Source of the DNA: Octopus vulgaris
Taxonomy: Eukaryota
Length of the DNA: 64,000 bases
Direction of reading: 5' to 3'
Assembly (NCBI GenBank): GCA_951406725.2
Contig: OX597814.1
Coordinates: 117,180,001-117,244,000, forward strand
Each line of letters opens with the position of its first letter. The stretch's first letter is position 1. Positions 40,666-52,628 of this stretch are shown piece after piece. A program made the translations under genes and the position numbers. The notes under the pieces are model-generated. The model searched no databases, was not told where the DNA came from, and saw only the letters and a list, made by a program, of their open reading frames with translations.

Positions 40666-41621
40666 CATAGCGTAAAATCGCAGAAAACCTTGGGATCCCG
40701 CTTTCTACAGTTAATATGTTGATTTGCAATTCACCAGATAGGGGAATGAGACAACATCCCCTCGCCCAGATCAACCAGGGCCCTCTGACAGGATTCTTCT
40801 CTTTGTTAAGGGAAGTGTGGAGGATTATCCTCCTTGCAAGGCCTCTGACATAGCAGGTCAAGTTGATGTCAGTCGCAGAACAGCTGTCATGTATTTCCAC
40901 AAAGTTGATTACTATGCCAGAGCAGCACGAAAGAAGCCACTTCTTCGACCAGCTAAGATCAAGCGGAGAAAAGATTGGGCCAGTGAGATGGTGGAGAGAC
41001 CACTTGCACTTTGGGTCATTCTGATGAGTCCATATTTGTTGTATTTCCTGAGAGCGGTTGAATGTGGCTCTAGAATTTGATGTGAAAAGATTGCAGCCAA
41101 CAATGAAATACGGCAGATATTCTTTGATGACCTAGAGAGCAATTTGAAAGAATGGTTGATTAGAGCTGGTAGAGTGTGAGGAAAACGTAAACGCAGGCAA
41201 ATGTTGCCATATTGTAGAAATGACTCATTCCAGACTTCTTCAGCTGGTGAAATGATTAAAGAAGACTTTATTTATGGAAGATGGTACTCCTCGTCACATG
41301 GCTAAAACGACCCAAGAATTTCTGAAAGAGAATGCCATTAAAAAGATTCCATGGCTAAACTAGTCAACAACTGTGAACCCTATTGAACAGCTCTGGGACA
41401 GAATGGACAGGGCACGTCATAAAAAGAGCAAGCAAGCATCTTCAAGGCCAGATCTTTTGAGATTATTGCATGACACAAGGCAAGAAATTCCGCAAGACAA
41501 TATTCGGTATCTGATCAGTCGACTAAATACTAAGTATTCACACTATAACAATTAGTAAATAACTTGAATGCATAATTTCAATGAATATAAGGGTGTCTAC
41601 TTACTTCTATCATGTCTGTGT
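40660..41621 (+). mobile_element. Tc1-family (DD34E) DNA transposon lacking its 5' end; decayed
   Basis: RKIAENLGIPLSTV, ARKKPLLR..KRRKDWA, SDES, FMEDGTPRH.AK, NPIEQLW..EIPQDNIRYLI..TKY; ends ..CTGTG followed by TA. Confidence 0.88.
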
Positions 41622-42251
41622 ATATGTTTATATGTATATTAAAATGCAGGTTCAAAGAGTATCACCTGCCACAATGCCAATTCTCTGTCGTGCGTTGTAC
41701 ATCTAGGGGTGTATTATCCAATATTCCTTCTCACATTTTGGGTCTCTTCCTTTGTATTTGGAGAGTTATTCCACGAATATTTCTTCTTTATTGAGTGGTG
41801 AGTGTAATGAAGTTATGAAAGCCTTGCATTAACACAGGTAAATATACAAAGCTAATTATTTATTTCGTAATCAGGTTCTTATTTTAGCGATTGTAATTAA
41901 GTGAAAGCGAATTTGAAACTAAACGAAAAATATATTTTCGAGCGGTCGTTAACAAAGAGAATTTTCTTTTCGTTTTAATGACAACTGGTTACAGTTATAA
42001 AGGCATTTCTAGCGTAAGAAGGAGAACGGGGCTGATGAATTTGTGATGATGCAATAAGTATTGCAGATATTAAAGAAAGATATTAAAGTAAGGCCTCCGT
42101 TCACTTTTAGCTTCTGCTCCTGTTTTCGCTATCAAATGTTTTCCGTATACATACGGAAGGTAATGAAAGAAATATAAAGTTACTACTACTACTACTACTA
42201 CTACTACTGCTGTTGTTGTTGTTGTTGTTATTATTATTATAATTATTATTT

Positions 42252-42322
42252 TATGTTTGACTTATGCTTTGCATTTGTACAAGTTTGCTCCAAGTCTCAC
42301 CCAGGGACCTCAAGACACAAGT
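42252..42322 (-). mobile_element. Extremely 5'-truncated Dong-like LINE (3' UTR only) inside a (TAA)n array
   Basis: Minus strand CTTGAGGTCCCTGGGTGAGACTTGG..AGTCAAACAT(AAT)n, flanked on both sides by TTA repeats. Confidence 0.55.
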
Positions 42323-42357
42323 TATTATTATTATTATTATTATCATTATTATTATTA

Positions 42358-42416
<59 letters not shown>

Positions 42417-42505
42417 TATGGTTTCCTGTCATTATAACTTTATTTCAGCTGCCTTAGTACAGGGCATCCTCCAGAGGCCAAGAGTGGCAAGGACAGTTTT
42501 GTTTT

Positions 42506-42878
42506 TTACCTTCACCCTAGCGAAGGTGGATGTATTGTTTGCAGTCGTGTTTGTTTCCTTCTTGATTGTCCGTGGAAAAGATATCTCAAGAGCCGCGGGA
42601 TGGATTCGGATAAAACATTCAGGGATGTTTCGACTTGTGACTGGCACGAACGGATTAGATATTGCCATCTATACGGTACCGAACAAGGATTCTGGAAGAT
42701 GTTTCCTGTTTTCTTACTTAATTTCTGAGATCGTTCAGGTTCATTATTAGTATTCCCGTTAGTGAGAGCAGTCGAGTTTATTTCAGATATTCTCATTTTA
42801 AAAATCATCTCTGGCTAATCATTGAATGGACATTGTTGTTGCCTTGGTGGAGGTTTGCGTTCCCTATGTGCTCTTGTT
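42506..42878 (+). mobile_element. Helentron-associated non-autonomous element (HINE/DINE-1-like)
   Basis: 5' TTACCTTCACC.., GTTT-type short repeats and GGATGGATTCGGATAAAAC; 3' subterminal inverted repeat CCTTGGTGGAGGT followed by a short hairpin-like GCGTTCCCTATGTGC and T-rich flanks. Confidence 0.7.
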
Positions 42879-42980
42879 GTTGATGTTGTTGTTATTACTA
42901 TTTTTTGTTTTTTATTAAGGCCAGTAAGTATGAGAAGCTTTTGCACACCGGACAACACTGCATAACATTATTTTAAACAA

Positions 42981-43456
42981 GGCGGTGAGCTGGCAGAATC
43001 ATTAGTACGTTGGGCAAAATGCTTTACGGCGTTTCGTCCAGTCTTTGATTTCTGGGTTGTAATTCTGCCGAGGTCGACTTTCGCCTCTCATTATTTCGCG
43101 GTCGATAAAATAAGCAGCATTTGAGTACTGGACTCCATGCAATCGACGAGCTTCTTTCCCAGAACTTGCCAAATTTGTGTCAAAATTTGAAATCATTATT
43201 ATTGTCGTTGCTGTTATTATTTTACAATTACATAAGGCGGTGAGCTGGCAGAATCGTTAGCACACCGGGCGAAATGCTTATCGGTATTTCGTTGTTACTC
43301 TTGCTACGTTCTGAGTTCAAATTCCTGCGAGGTCGACTTTGCCTTTCATCCTTTCGGGGTCGATAAATTAAATACCAGTTGTGTACTGGAGTCGATCTAA
43401 TCGACTGGCCCCCTCCCGAAAAATTTCAGGCGTTGTGCCTAGAATAAGTAGAAAAG
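42981..43456 (+). mobile_element. Two adjacent SINE family A copies (42981-43195; 43236-43456)
   Basis: Both begin GGCGGTGAGCTGGCAGAATC; B-box-like GAGTTCAAATTCC and Meta/MESC-like GCCTTTCATCCTTTCGGGGTCGATAAA in the second copy. Confidence 0.9.
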
Positions 43457-44149
43457 TAATACCTTCCTAACAAATTTGAGACCTTGTGCCTCCGCTAGAA
43501 AGGATTGTTTTCCTGTTACATGAAATGGATATGCTTTGGGATTAGTAAAATTCCTTTCCAACTGCTTCTGTAATTTATGTTGAGCTTTACATTTCCAGGA
43601 ATTGAGGTGGAAATGTATGTAATAGGAAGAGTAAACCATAATATAATTTTGAATCAATTGAAATATCAAGAAAGAAATAATTTATTGTTTTCGAGAAATA
43701 TTTGAACGAAAGACTGAGAAATCTCAGATTTAATCGTGGATAAAATCAATTAAAATATCTCTTTCTATGCTTAATAATTGGTGTACATATAGTCCAGAGA
43801 TCGATGAGTTCTCATAAAAAAGCAAGGAAGAATTCGTTAAAGAATAGTTTAAGTAAATCAGAGAGGAATGTATTATAGATTGTCTCCATTTTATGTACAC
43901 ATCCAAGAATATAATTGGAAATAAATAGAAGTCACAATTTTTTCTGTTTAACTCGAGAGTGACGCGGAAAATTTTTATTGGTTTTAAATAAGGTTCTAAT
44001 GTTATCTCGAAGGTCACCTTCTTGATAATATTGTGTTGGATTTAGCGGCAGCGGATAATGAAATCTGAGTTACAATTTTTAAGTATAAGTAAACCTCCTT
44101 CCTCATTTAAAACATCACTAACTAACTACAATAACTGATATGAAATACT

Positions 44150-44315
44150 GATTTCAAATATTGGCACAAGACCAGCAATTTCAGCTGAGGAAGTAAGTTG
44201 ATTACATCAACCCAAGTGTTCAATTAATATTTCTTTTATGACCCTGAAATAATTAAATGGAAAATCGACCATGGCAGAACGTAAACACGGATTAAATGCA
44301 TTTTTCTCGGCGTGA
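44150..44315 (-). mobile_element. SINE family A, heavily decayed
   Basis: TTCAAATATTGGCACAAGACCAGCAATTTC..GATTACATCAACCC is the reverse complement of the family A tail. Confidence 0.5.
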
Positions 44316-46709
44316 TAAAGGTTGATTTGAAATATTTAAAAATATAATTCAAGTAACTTCCACCGATTCCTTATTCGAAGCTTTCAGAACTTCGCTTTCT
44401 TTCTCATTCGTGTAGAGACAAATAACGTTCCTACAGAGAAAAATCATTGATTATCCTGTGTAGCGTATAGTTTCTATGCTGGAGTATTATCGAAGTAATA
44501 GATTTAGGAAATTTTAGGCTTGCAATAAATAACGGTTTAGTAATTCTCGAATAGAATGTTTGCATCCAATTTTTTTATATTGAAAATGTTGAACAGAATT
44601 TACAAGCTACTCTTCTCTAATGGGTTGAAGGGGAATTGCGTTTAATTTTCGGGATGGTTGATTTTAAGGCCGTCTTGCTAATGATACTAGGTCCAGTTTT
44701 AAATCATATTGAAGGTTATATCTGTATGTACATTGTGTATGTGTGTGTTCGCCTTTTTTTCTTTTCTGTTTACTTAGGTAGGGATGTTGAAGTCCGCAAT
44801 GGGGAGATAATTCATAGAAGACCGTTAATCAAGACAATTTACATCTATTCACTAAAGGGTTCTAATGCGCACCTTGGACTAATAATTGAGGGTAATAGCA
44901 TTTATAAAAATCCGCCAAGAGCTGCCCTAACATTAAATCAATTCCTGGTGACCAATGACTGAAAACAAAGATAAATAGTGGGATGAGGTTATTTTTTTCG
45001 TTTGAAGGACGTTTTATTATATATAATGACGAAATTGAACTTTTTCCTATCAAATATAATAAATATGCAAAATAATAAGGAGGAAAATATCCAACGTATT
45101 CTTTGGGTTGTTATTTAGTTGTGTAACGTGTAATTACCAAGAAGCACTAAAAAAATGCTACATATAAAGAAAACGAGGTACAAACACAAAGCACATAGAT
45201 CAACGATATTAGAAAAGATTTGGATCAAATAAGAATTTACTATGAAGGTTATGTTCAATATAGCTAAAACATCCTAAGTTTGAGGAAAAAAATTATTCCC
45301 CAGCAATAGAGAATAAATAACGTTGTTCACGTTGCTTGCCCTAGCTTAGCCGTGATCGAATAATCGTATGAGGAAAGGCAACCACTCATAGTCATTCACT
45401 TACAAGGGAGGTAATGTAGCATTTCATTAGCATATATACCACTCTTCTCTGATACCTTGGAATCTGATATGAAGTGCATTTATCAGGTTTTTTTCATTCT
45501 AGCTAGTCAATCAATCAAGTAGACATTAGACGACAATGTTAGGTAGAGTTGAATAATCGTTATCTGTAGCATAGAAAAACTTCGCTATCCAAATACTTAC
45601 CACCATGTTGTACTGACAATTCTATTTGAAAGGCGAAGGTTGTAGTCGGCTTAGGAATAATATAGTATTTCATTTGACATTAGATTGAAACTTAATATTT
45701 TCTTCGGAATTGTAATTTATTAAGTCATGCAATTCAATTTCCGAAATTTATCAGCAGCCTTTAGGAAGTTTAAATCGAAAGAGGTAAAATGGAAATCCGA
45801 TACAACTAGCTGACTCTGATTACCGAAAACGTATGACATTGACGTAAAATAAATCATCGTTTAATATACATTTCACCTTATCTCTTGAAGTGTATGTGAA
45901 TAGCAATAAGAAAGTGACATGCTTATGTGAATACTAAGACCATTAGGAACGGAAGCAAGACGAAATAAAAACACGGTGATAAGCTGTTTGTGATTTTATT
46001 AAAGGCGTTATTTGCTAAAATAAACCAAAATAGTTTCTATCGTGAACTCCCAAGATATACACAACATATCAAGCAGAGTATTAAAGTATGCATACATTTC
46101 TTTTTTTCCTAAAATAAAATTATTTACAGTATCTAAACGGTGTCAAGATATTCTCATATCTGAATGAGACTGTACCTGATACAAATGATATGTATCAGAT
46201 TGTAGACTTCTAACGTGTAGCTACACAGAGTTTGAGAATGTAATTTCGGATGTCGTTTTGCTGATTACATGAACATCATGTCCGTTAGAAATAATCTGTC
46301 GCTTGTGTAAAAAAAAATATTTGAATTAATCTAATCCAAAAGGAAACGTTATTTAAAATGTTTAACCAGCTCTTCTTTGACAAAATCAGAATCCCTGCAG
46401 ATCTGTATTTATATTTCCTTGTTGGCAGCACTAATAAATAGAGGTGATGTTGGCAGCACTAATAAATGTTTTGAACAACAAGTAATTCAGTTCATGGTTC
46501 AAATTTGCCACTCTCATGTTTTGTTTTGGGATTTCTGATATATCATTATAAACTACTACTTCTCATTCCACATCATTATCAGGATACGATAACACAAAAA
46601 TCTGATTTAGCTTCACGTCAGAACCTACCTGTCACTATTAGTTCTTAGAGCCATTAATCCGGGTTGTGCCGCCGACAGCAGGTAGTGTACATTATTGATT
46701 TGAACCAAC

Positions 46710-47320
46710 GCGGCGAGCTGGCAGAAACGTTGGCACGCCGGGCGAAATGCTTACCGGTATTTCGTCTGCCCCTACGTTCTGAGTTCAAATTCCGCCGAGG
46801 TCGACTTTGCCTTTCATCCTTTTGGGGTCGATTAAATAAGTTCGAGTTACGCACTGGGGACGATGTAATCGAATTACTCCGTTTGTCTGTCCTTGTTTGT
46901 TCTCTCTGTATTTAGCCCCTTGTGGGTAGTAGAGAAATAGGTATTTCGTCTACCAATACGTTATAAGTTCAAATACAGCCGAGGTCGACTTTGCCTTTTA
47001 TCCTTCCGTGATTGATAAATTAAGTGCCAGTTATGCAGTGGGGTCCATGTAATGACTTAATTCCTTTGTCTGTCCTTGATTGTTCTCTCTATGTTTAGCC
47101 CTTTGTGGGCAATAAAGAAATAAGAAACTTTTTCACGCCAGGGGAAATGCTTAGCGGTATTTCGTCTGTTTTTACGTTCTCTGTTCAAATTCCTTCGAGG
47201 CCGAATTTGCTTTTCATCCCTTCTGGGTCGATCAATTAAGTACCAGTTGCGTAATGGCGGTCGATCTAATCGACTGCCCCCTCCCTCAAAATTTCGGGCC
47301 TTGTACCTAGAGTAAAAAAG
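46710..47320 (+). mobile_element. Trimeric SINE family A insertion with 19-bp target-site duplication
   Basis: Three head-to-tail cores; TSD ATTATTGATTTGAA(C/A)CAAC at 46691-46709 and 47321-47339. Confidence 0.9.
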
Positions 47321-47867
47321 ATTATTGATTTGAAACAACTTAATCGCAAGTTAACATTCTCTTGCATGCTGGTATTGAAGAGTCTCCACGTATTAGATTG
47401 TTTGTTGTTATGTAATTTACCACGCCCATTAAAAAGGCGCTGGTTATAAAATAAGAACCTAGAATATAAAATGTGATTTTTAAAAAAATGGGTTTTCAGA
47501 ATTACATTGCTGAAGTACCACAGACTACCTGAAAGTTAAATAAACACTTTATTTTCAGTCACAAGTGCGTTGAGCTAATTTAATTTCTTAATGCGTCCGA
47601 AGGAAGCCAAAAAGCATACTTACGGAAAGAGAATGCAATATTCAAAGGGAAACAGTATTCTATCGATTTGCCTTCGAATTACATGATGGTTAAGAATAAT
47701 TTTGAATTTCCATATCGATATTTCCATTTCTTAATACATTTCGCAAACCTTAACATTTATGGCTACGGCATGCATACTCACTTTCTCCTGCATCCACTAC
47801 AGTTATTTCTATTGTTGTGTGCGACATCTCAGAACATTTATCAAGATATTGTTCTTTATTTTATGAG

Positions 47868-48085
47868 GACGGTGAGCTAGAAGATTCGCTGTGGTGCCGG
47901 AGAATATGCATACCGGTATTTCTTCGGGCTTCCTAGGTTCTGACTTCAAATCAATTCGACATCATCTTTACCTTTCATTCTTTCATTGTCGATAAATTAA
48001 GTACCAGTTAAATTGTGGGGTCGATATAAACAATTTACCCACACCCAAAGAAAATTGGCGCCCTATGCCAACATTTGAAAAGGTT
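47868..48085 (+). mobile_element. SINE family A, decayed
   Basis: GGACGGTGAGCTAGAAGA..CCTTTCATTCTTTCATTGTCGATAAATTAAGTACCAG. Confidence 0.7.
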
Positions 48086-49481
48086 ATTTTTCATTTTATT
48101 AATGTTTAATTTGTTACAGATACCCGAAGGGAGAGAGATTAGTAGCATGTAACTTCCAGTAGTACGTGTCTAATTCACCAAGCTGACTGATACGAATTAT
48201 CCCTGGTAGAATCGGCATTTCAGGCATGCGCCATAACAAATTTCGAGGGTTGGTACTATAGCTATATTGGCGTATTTTCACTGACGCAAACTGGTCTCTA
48301 CTCCACAGACGAGGCTCTGACTGCCGTTCCCCACAATCTAATTTGTTCTCACTTCACCAACAATACAATGTTCAAACATAGGCTCTGCACTGATCTTTAT
48401 CTTACGGTATTTCTTCTTGAAATTGCGCAATAAGGAATTCTAACTTAACATGGTACGATTGAAATTGAACTTCAGACATAACGTTTTCTCCAGAGGAATG
48501 ATTCATCTAAATGTATCCTTCGGAAGTGAAGTGCCATGAAGACGACCATCAAAATCTTGTTTTTTATTGATGAACGAAGAGAGGAGAAGCGATCAAATTA
48601 TCTTCTAATTCATGAACATTTCTAGCAATAATTACAATCTATTTATAAGGAAAAGATCAACATATAATACTTTGATTAAAAATTAAACTATATTGATTTC
48701 ATTTATTTGTGAATTAATTAACATTTATTTGATATGTTTTGGGGGTTTTAATAACTCAAAGAGCAAAGAAATGAAAGAAAAATAAAACAGAGAACCAAAT
48801 ATATTTTGTGTGCAATTGAAATTTTCTGGAGAGAACATTTAATAACAAATATCAATCTAGCGTTTGCTTGTTTGAAAACAATCTTTCAGTAAATAATCAT
48901 AAAAATGAAAATTGCTTTATCGGTGATAATTTCTACCTATTGAAGGAAACAACGATTTCCATTATAGGCGCAAAGAATGAGAATTTATATCCTGAAATAG
49001 ACTGGAAATTGGTTAATCGACGGTTTTGAATAAAATTATTTCCTCGCAAAATACAAAGGATTTACAGAAACGAAACGAAAATCTCAAATTACATGACACA
49101 GTGCCAACACCTTCGAAATTCAACGTAGAACATGTGATTTAAAAACTGTGAAGACGAAGAAATAAACTATTAAATCTCTGAAATGAGAATGTCAGCGAAG
49201 CATTTGGGTTCATTAGCATCTCATAGGAAGTGGCAAAGATGCATGAAAAAGTGTACTCCACAAATGCGCATGTGCAAGCGCTCACACACACACATACACA
49301 CATATATATGCATGTATGCATTTATGTATGGAAATGGTTATATATATATATATATATATACATATATGTGTGTGTGTGTATATATATATATATCTATATA
49401 TACATTTATTTATAATATATATAAATATATATATATGTATATATATGTCTATATCTATCTATCTATATATATATATAACTA

Positions 49482-49567
<86 letters not shown>

Positions 49568-49661
49568 CATACATAGGGGAACAAAAATATATATAAAGCG
49601 ATATATATAGCAATATTTAGTAATGGTGATGCAAAGAGAAAAAGTAGAACTCAAAATATGA

Positions 49662-49698
<37 letters not shown>

Positions 49699-50218
49699 AA
49701 TAGCAAAATTAACAGTATAACTCAACATTCGAGAGTTTCATGCGTTGGCACTTATCAAATTAGTGACAGGTCGAAGCGCTATGAGTTTATATAGTCTGTG
49801 ATAATTGCATTTTCCTCTACAGTGATTGTTCTCGATCGAATCTTAAAATCATAATAATGTCACGTGGATATTAAACGCATTTGCTGGTCTAATGCAGTCT
49901 CAATGCTTCGCTTCACGCAAATATCATTCATACTACCACGTGATACTCTGACCTCGATGACCTCTTTAAAGAAACCTGCACCTGACTGATATTTTGCGAG
50001 ATAATCTCCCGAGGAACGAACATTAAAAGAACTCAGATTTGAGGAAAACACTTTTAGTTTTGTTTAGAAAATCTCGGAGAGGTGAAACCTGTTAAGTACA
50101 TATATACATTTTATGGACTGAAAATATTTTCAACAGTTTTTTTTTCTATACACACACAGACGCCCGCATGTATGTATGTGTGTATACTTGTACATACGAA
50201 TGTATACATGTACACACA

Positions 50219-50300
<82 letters not shown>

Positions 50301-50579
50301 TCATGTATGTGTGTATAAATACATACATACATATATACATACATACATACATTCATGCAAATGTATTTATGTGAATAAATAGAGACAGATAGAAAGAGAG
50401 AAAGATAGATAGTTGCTGTTTAAGTTGTGTTCTATTGTATTTGTGTGAATGTATCCGTGTTGCATGGTAACTCACTGCGTTCAAAAGATATACTACATTC
50501 TATATAGATTAGTATCAATTGCCTCTTGTGTCTGCCTTTCTTACCATCAAGGAGGAATTACCCCAGTTTGATGCTTATA

Positions 50580-50960
50580 TTATAGACATAATAGTCGGGT
50601 AAAACCACCAATAGAAGAGAATATGACCAAAAACTGCGAGTACTCCATCCCATGCAGCTGTGGTAGGTTATAGAAAGGCGAAACATGATCTCCCTCAAAA
50701 TAAGGGTAGACGAACAAAGCAAAGTTGTGACACGAGAAGATATTGATAAATCGGGTATCACTGATCAAGTATGGAAAAATGGAAACCACCTCCCCCTGTG
50801 GGATGAAGTTAAAATAATTGACAGAGAACACCACTAGAAAATATGAAAACTAAAAAAAGCAGTACATATGTTAGGACACACCAAGTTCCTAAGCAGACTG
50901 AGTGCAGATATGAAGAGCACATGGGAACCGGTATTAAGTAAGGATAGGAAACTATTAGAT
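50580..50960 (+). mobile_element. Penelope/Poseidon-type GIY-YIG endonuclease remnant
   Basis: KNCEYSIPCSCGRL*KGET..KIRVDE..DKSGITDQVWKNGNHLPLWDEVKIIDRE..KLKKAVHM..WEPVL, with stops and a frameshift. Confidence 0.75.
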
Positions 50961-50994
50961 TTATAAACCTTAAAATTCACTCTATAATTGCTCA

Positions 50995-51066
50995 CGAGCA
51001 TAGGGCGTAGTAGTTAAGAGTGCGGGCTACTAACCCCAATATTCCGAGTTCGATTCCAGGCAGTGA

Positions 51067-51105
<39 letters not shown>
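50995..51105 (+). mobile_element. Minimal tRNA-derived retroposon (~75 bp) with (AAT)n tail
   Basis: A-box-like GGCGTAGTAGTTAAG and B-box GAGTTCGATTCC; ends ..GACCTG(AAT)n; acceptor stem does not pair. Confidence 0.65.
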
Positions 51106-51106
<1 letters not shown>

Positions 51107-51259
51107 CCATGAACAAAACCTTGCTGTTATTTCAAAGTAGAGGTCAGGAAATTCGGAAAGAATACTTTCAGAAGCACTAACAATGTGAGTCACACTTTCG
51201 ACGCTCAAGCCGATGAACTGGTAGAATCGTTAGCACACCGGGCGAAATGCTTTATGAGT

Positions 51260-52628
51260 GCATCCCAGGTATTTCAGTATCTATAATCTTCGTTTACTGT
51301 TTTACTTTACCACAAAACTATCTGGTCTCGAAGCATCGATTGGGTCGTCACTGTTTATCATATTCATTGTTCTCCGTGACTCCTTTTGGTCCAGGTTCAT
51401 ACTATTTCCGTGCTCTGTTGAGGCCGTGTTTTTTACATAACTTCCAGTGGTCGAACTTAGTCACGTTATCGTACCTCCTTTTGTAGTGCTTTTGGGCAAG
51501 CTTGCTACATTTACTCACAATATTTGAGGTTGTTTCGTTTCTCTTGCCACATATCCTACAAAGGAGCGATTCGCTACTCTTACCTATTTGCAATTTGGTG
51601 TAATTAGGTCTCAGAGCTTGTTCTTGAGAGCTGTATATCAATGCGTCTGTGCATTCTTTCAGATCCATTTTTCTTAGCCATCTCCAACTGTTGATCTTGT
51701 CTTTTCCATCTCCAACATTTGATCTTGTCCATTCAGTGACTTCCTTTCCCAGTCATTTACTGTTTCTTCTTCCTCTTGTTTCTGAATTGTTTGTGGGTGC
51801 AACACAATTTTGGTAGGTATTTGAGTGTTAATTCTAACAGCAGCAAGCAAGGATTAACTCTGCTGTTTGATGTACCAACCCAAACTGTTCTTCTCATTAA
51901 AAACACAGGTTTTGCATCCCATGAAACCTCTTTCGCCTCTGTTCCTAGGCACATACAGCCACGCAGTATCTCCTTTGGAGTGCGGTTCCTTGTTAATTAT
52001 TACCACACTTCTGGTTTTCCTTTCTCTTTCTCAAGGTCGTTATTTATCCACCTAACAACACCTGATCCTTTTTCTCATAATTTGTTTCTCCTGAGATATT
52101 CCCGCCTAAGGCTTTCTTTCATTTCACTTTCCTTGAATTAAGTTTCGTATTTCGGAATCCCCAGATATTTATTAGTCTGAATATCTTTGATTTTCTCGCC
52201 ATTAGGTAGCTCTACACCATCAGACGACGCTAATTTGCCTCTTTGTGTTACAAGCTTATCATACATTTTAATCCCAAATTCCCCTCCGATACTGAATATC
52301 TGCACTGTTGAAACTAGGCCATTTATTTAACGTTTGAACTTCCAAAAGGTCTTTAAGTAATCCATATATAAGAAGTGATTTAATTTTCCTCCAGTTTACA
52401 AGGTGTACCCCGATGTCACTTTACTTAGTATCTGTGTGAGGACTATCATACAAATCACAAACAGCAATGATGATAGGTTATCTTCTTGAAATATGCCTCT
52501 CTTGATGTCAACCCTCGCCAAAATGTTTCCATATAAATTTAACTATGTATCCCAGTTTTTCATTGAACTCTTCAACACTTACCCGCTCAAGACTTTCTAA
52601 AATCCAGGAAAGGGGTATCATGTCATAA
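51260..52628 (-). mobile_element. R4/Dong-like LINE fragment(s): RT motifs through zinc knuckle and RLE; heavily decayed
   Basis: AYDMIPLSWILE, RGIFQEDNLS.LLFVICM, NHFLYMD, QEQALR.NY, CRICG..ET..NIVSKC..YKRRYD..HWKLC. Confidence 0.85.

Noticed and set aside
46421-46467. Short direct duplication GTTGGCAGCACTAATAAAT (a similar one lies at 58547-58587)
   Set aside because: Simple local slippage duplications with no further structure
46710-47320. CRISPR-like repeat-spacer array
   Set aside because: The units are ~200-bp SINE monomers without unique spacers; the context is eukaryotic and there are no cas genes
50995-51070. tRNA gene
   Set aside because: The acceptor stem does not pair and an (AAT)n tail follows; treated as a retroposon
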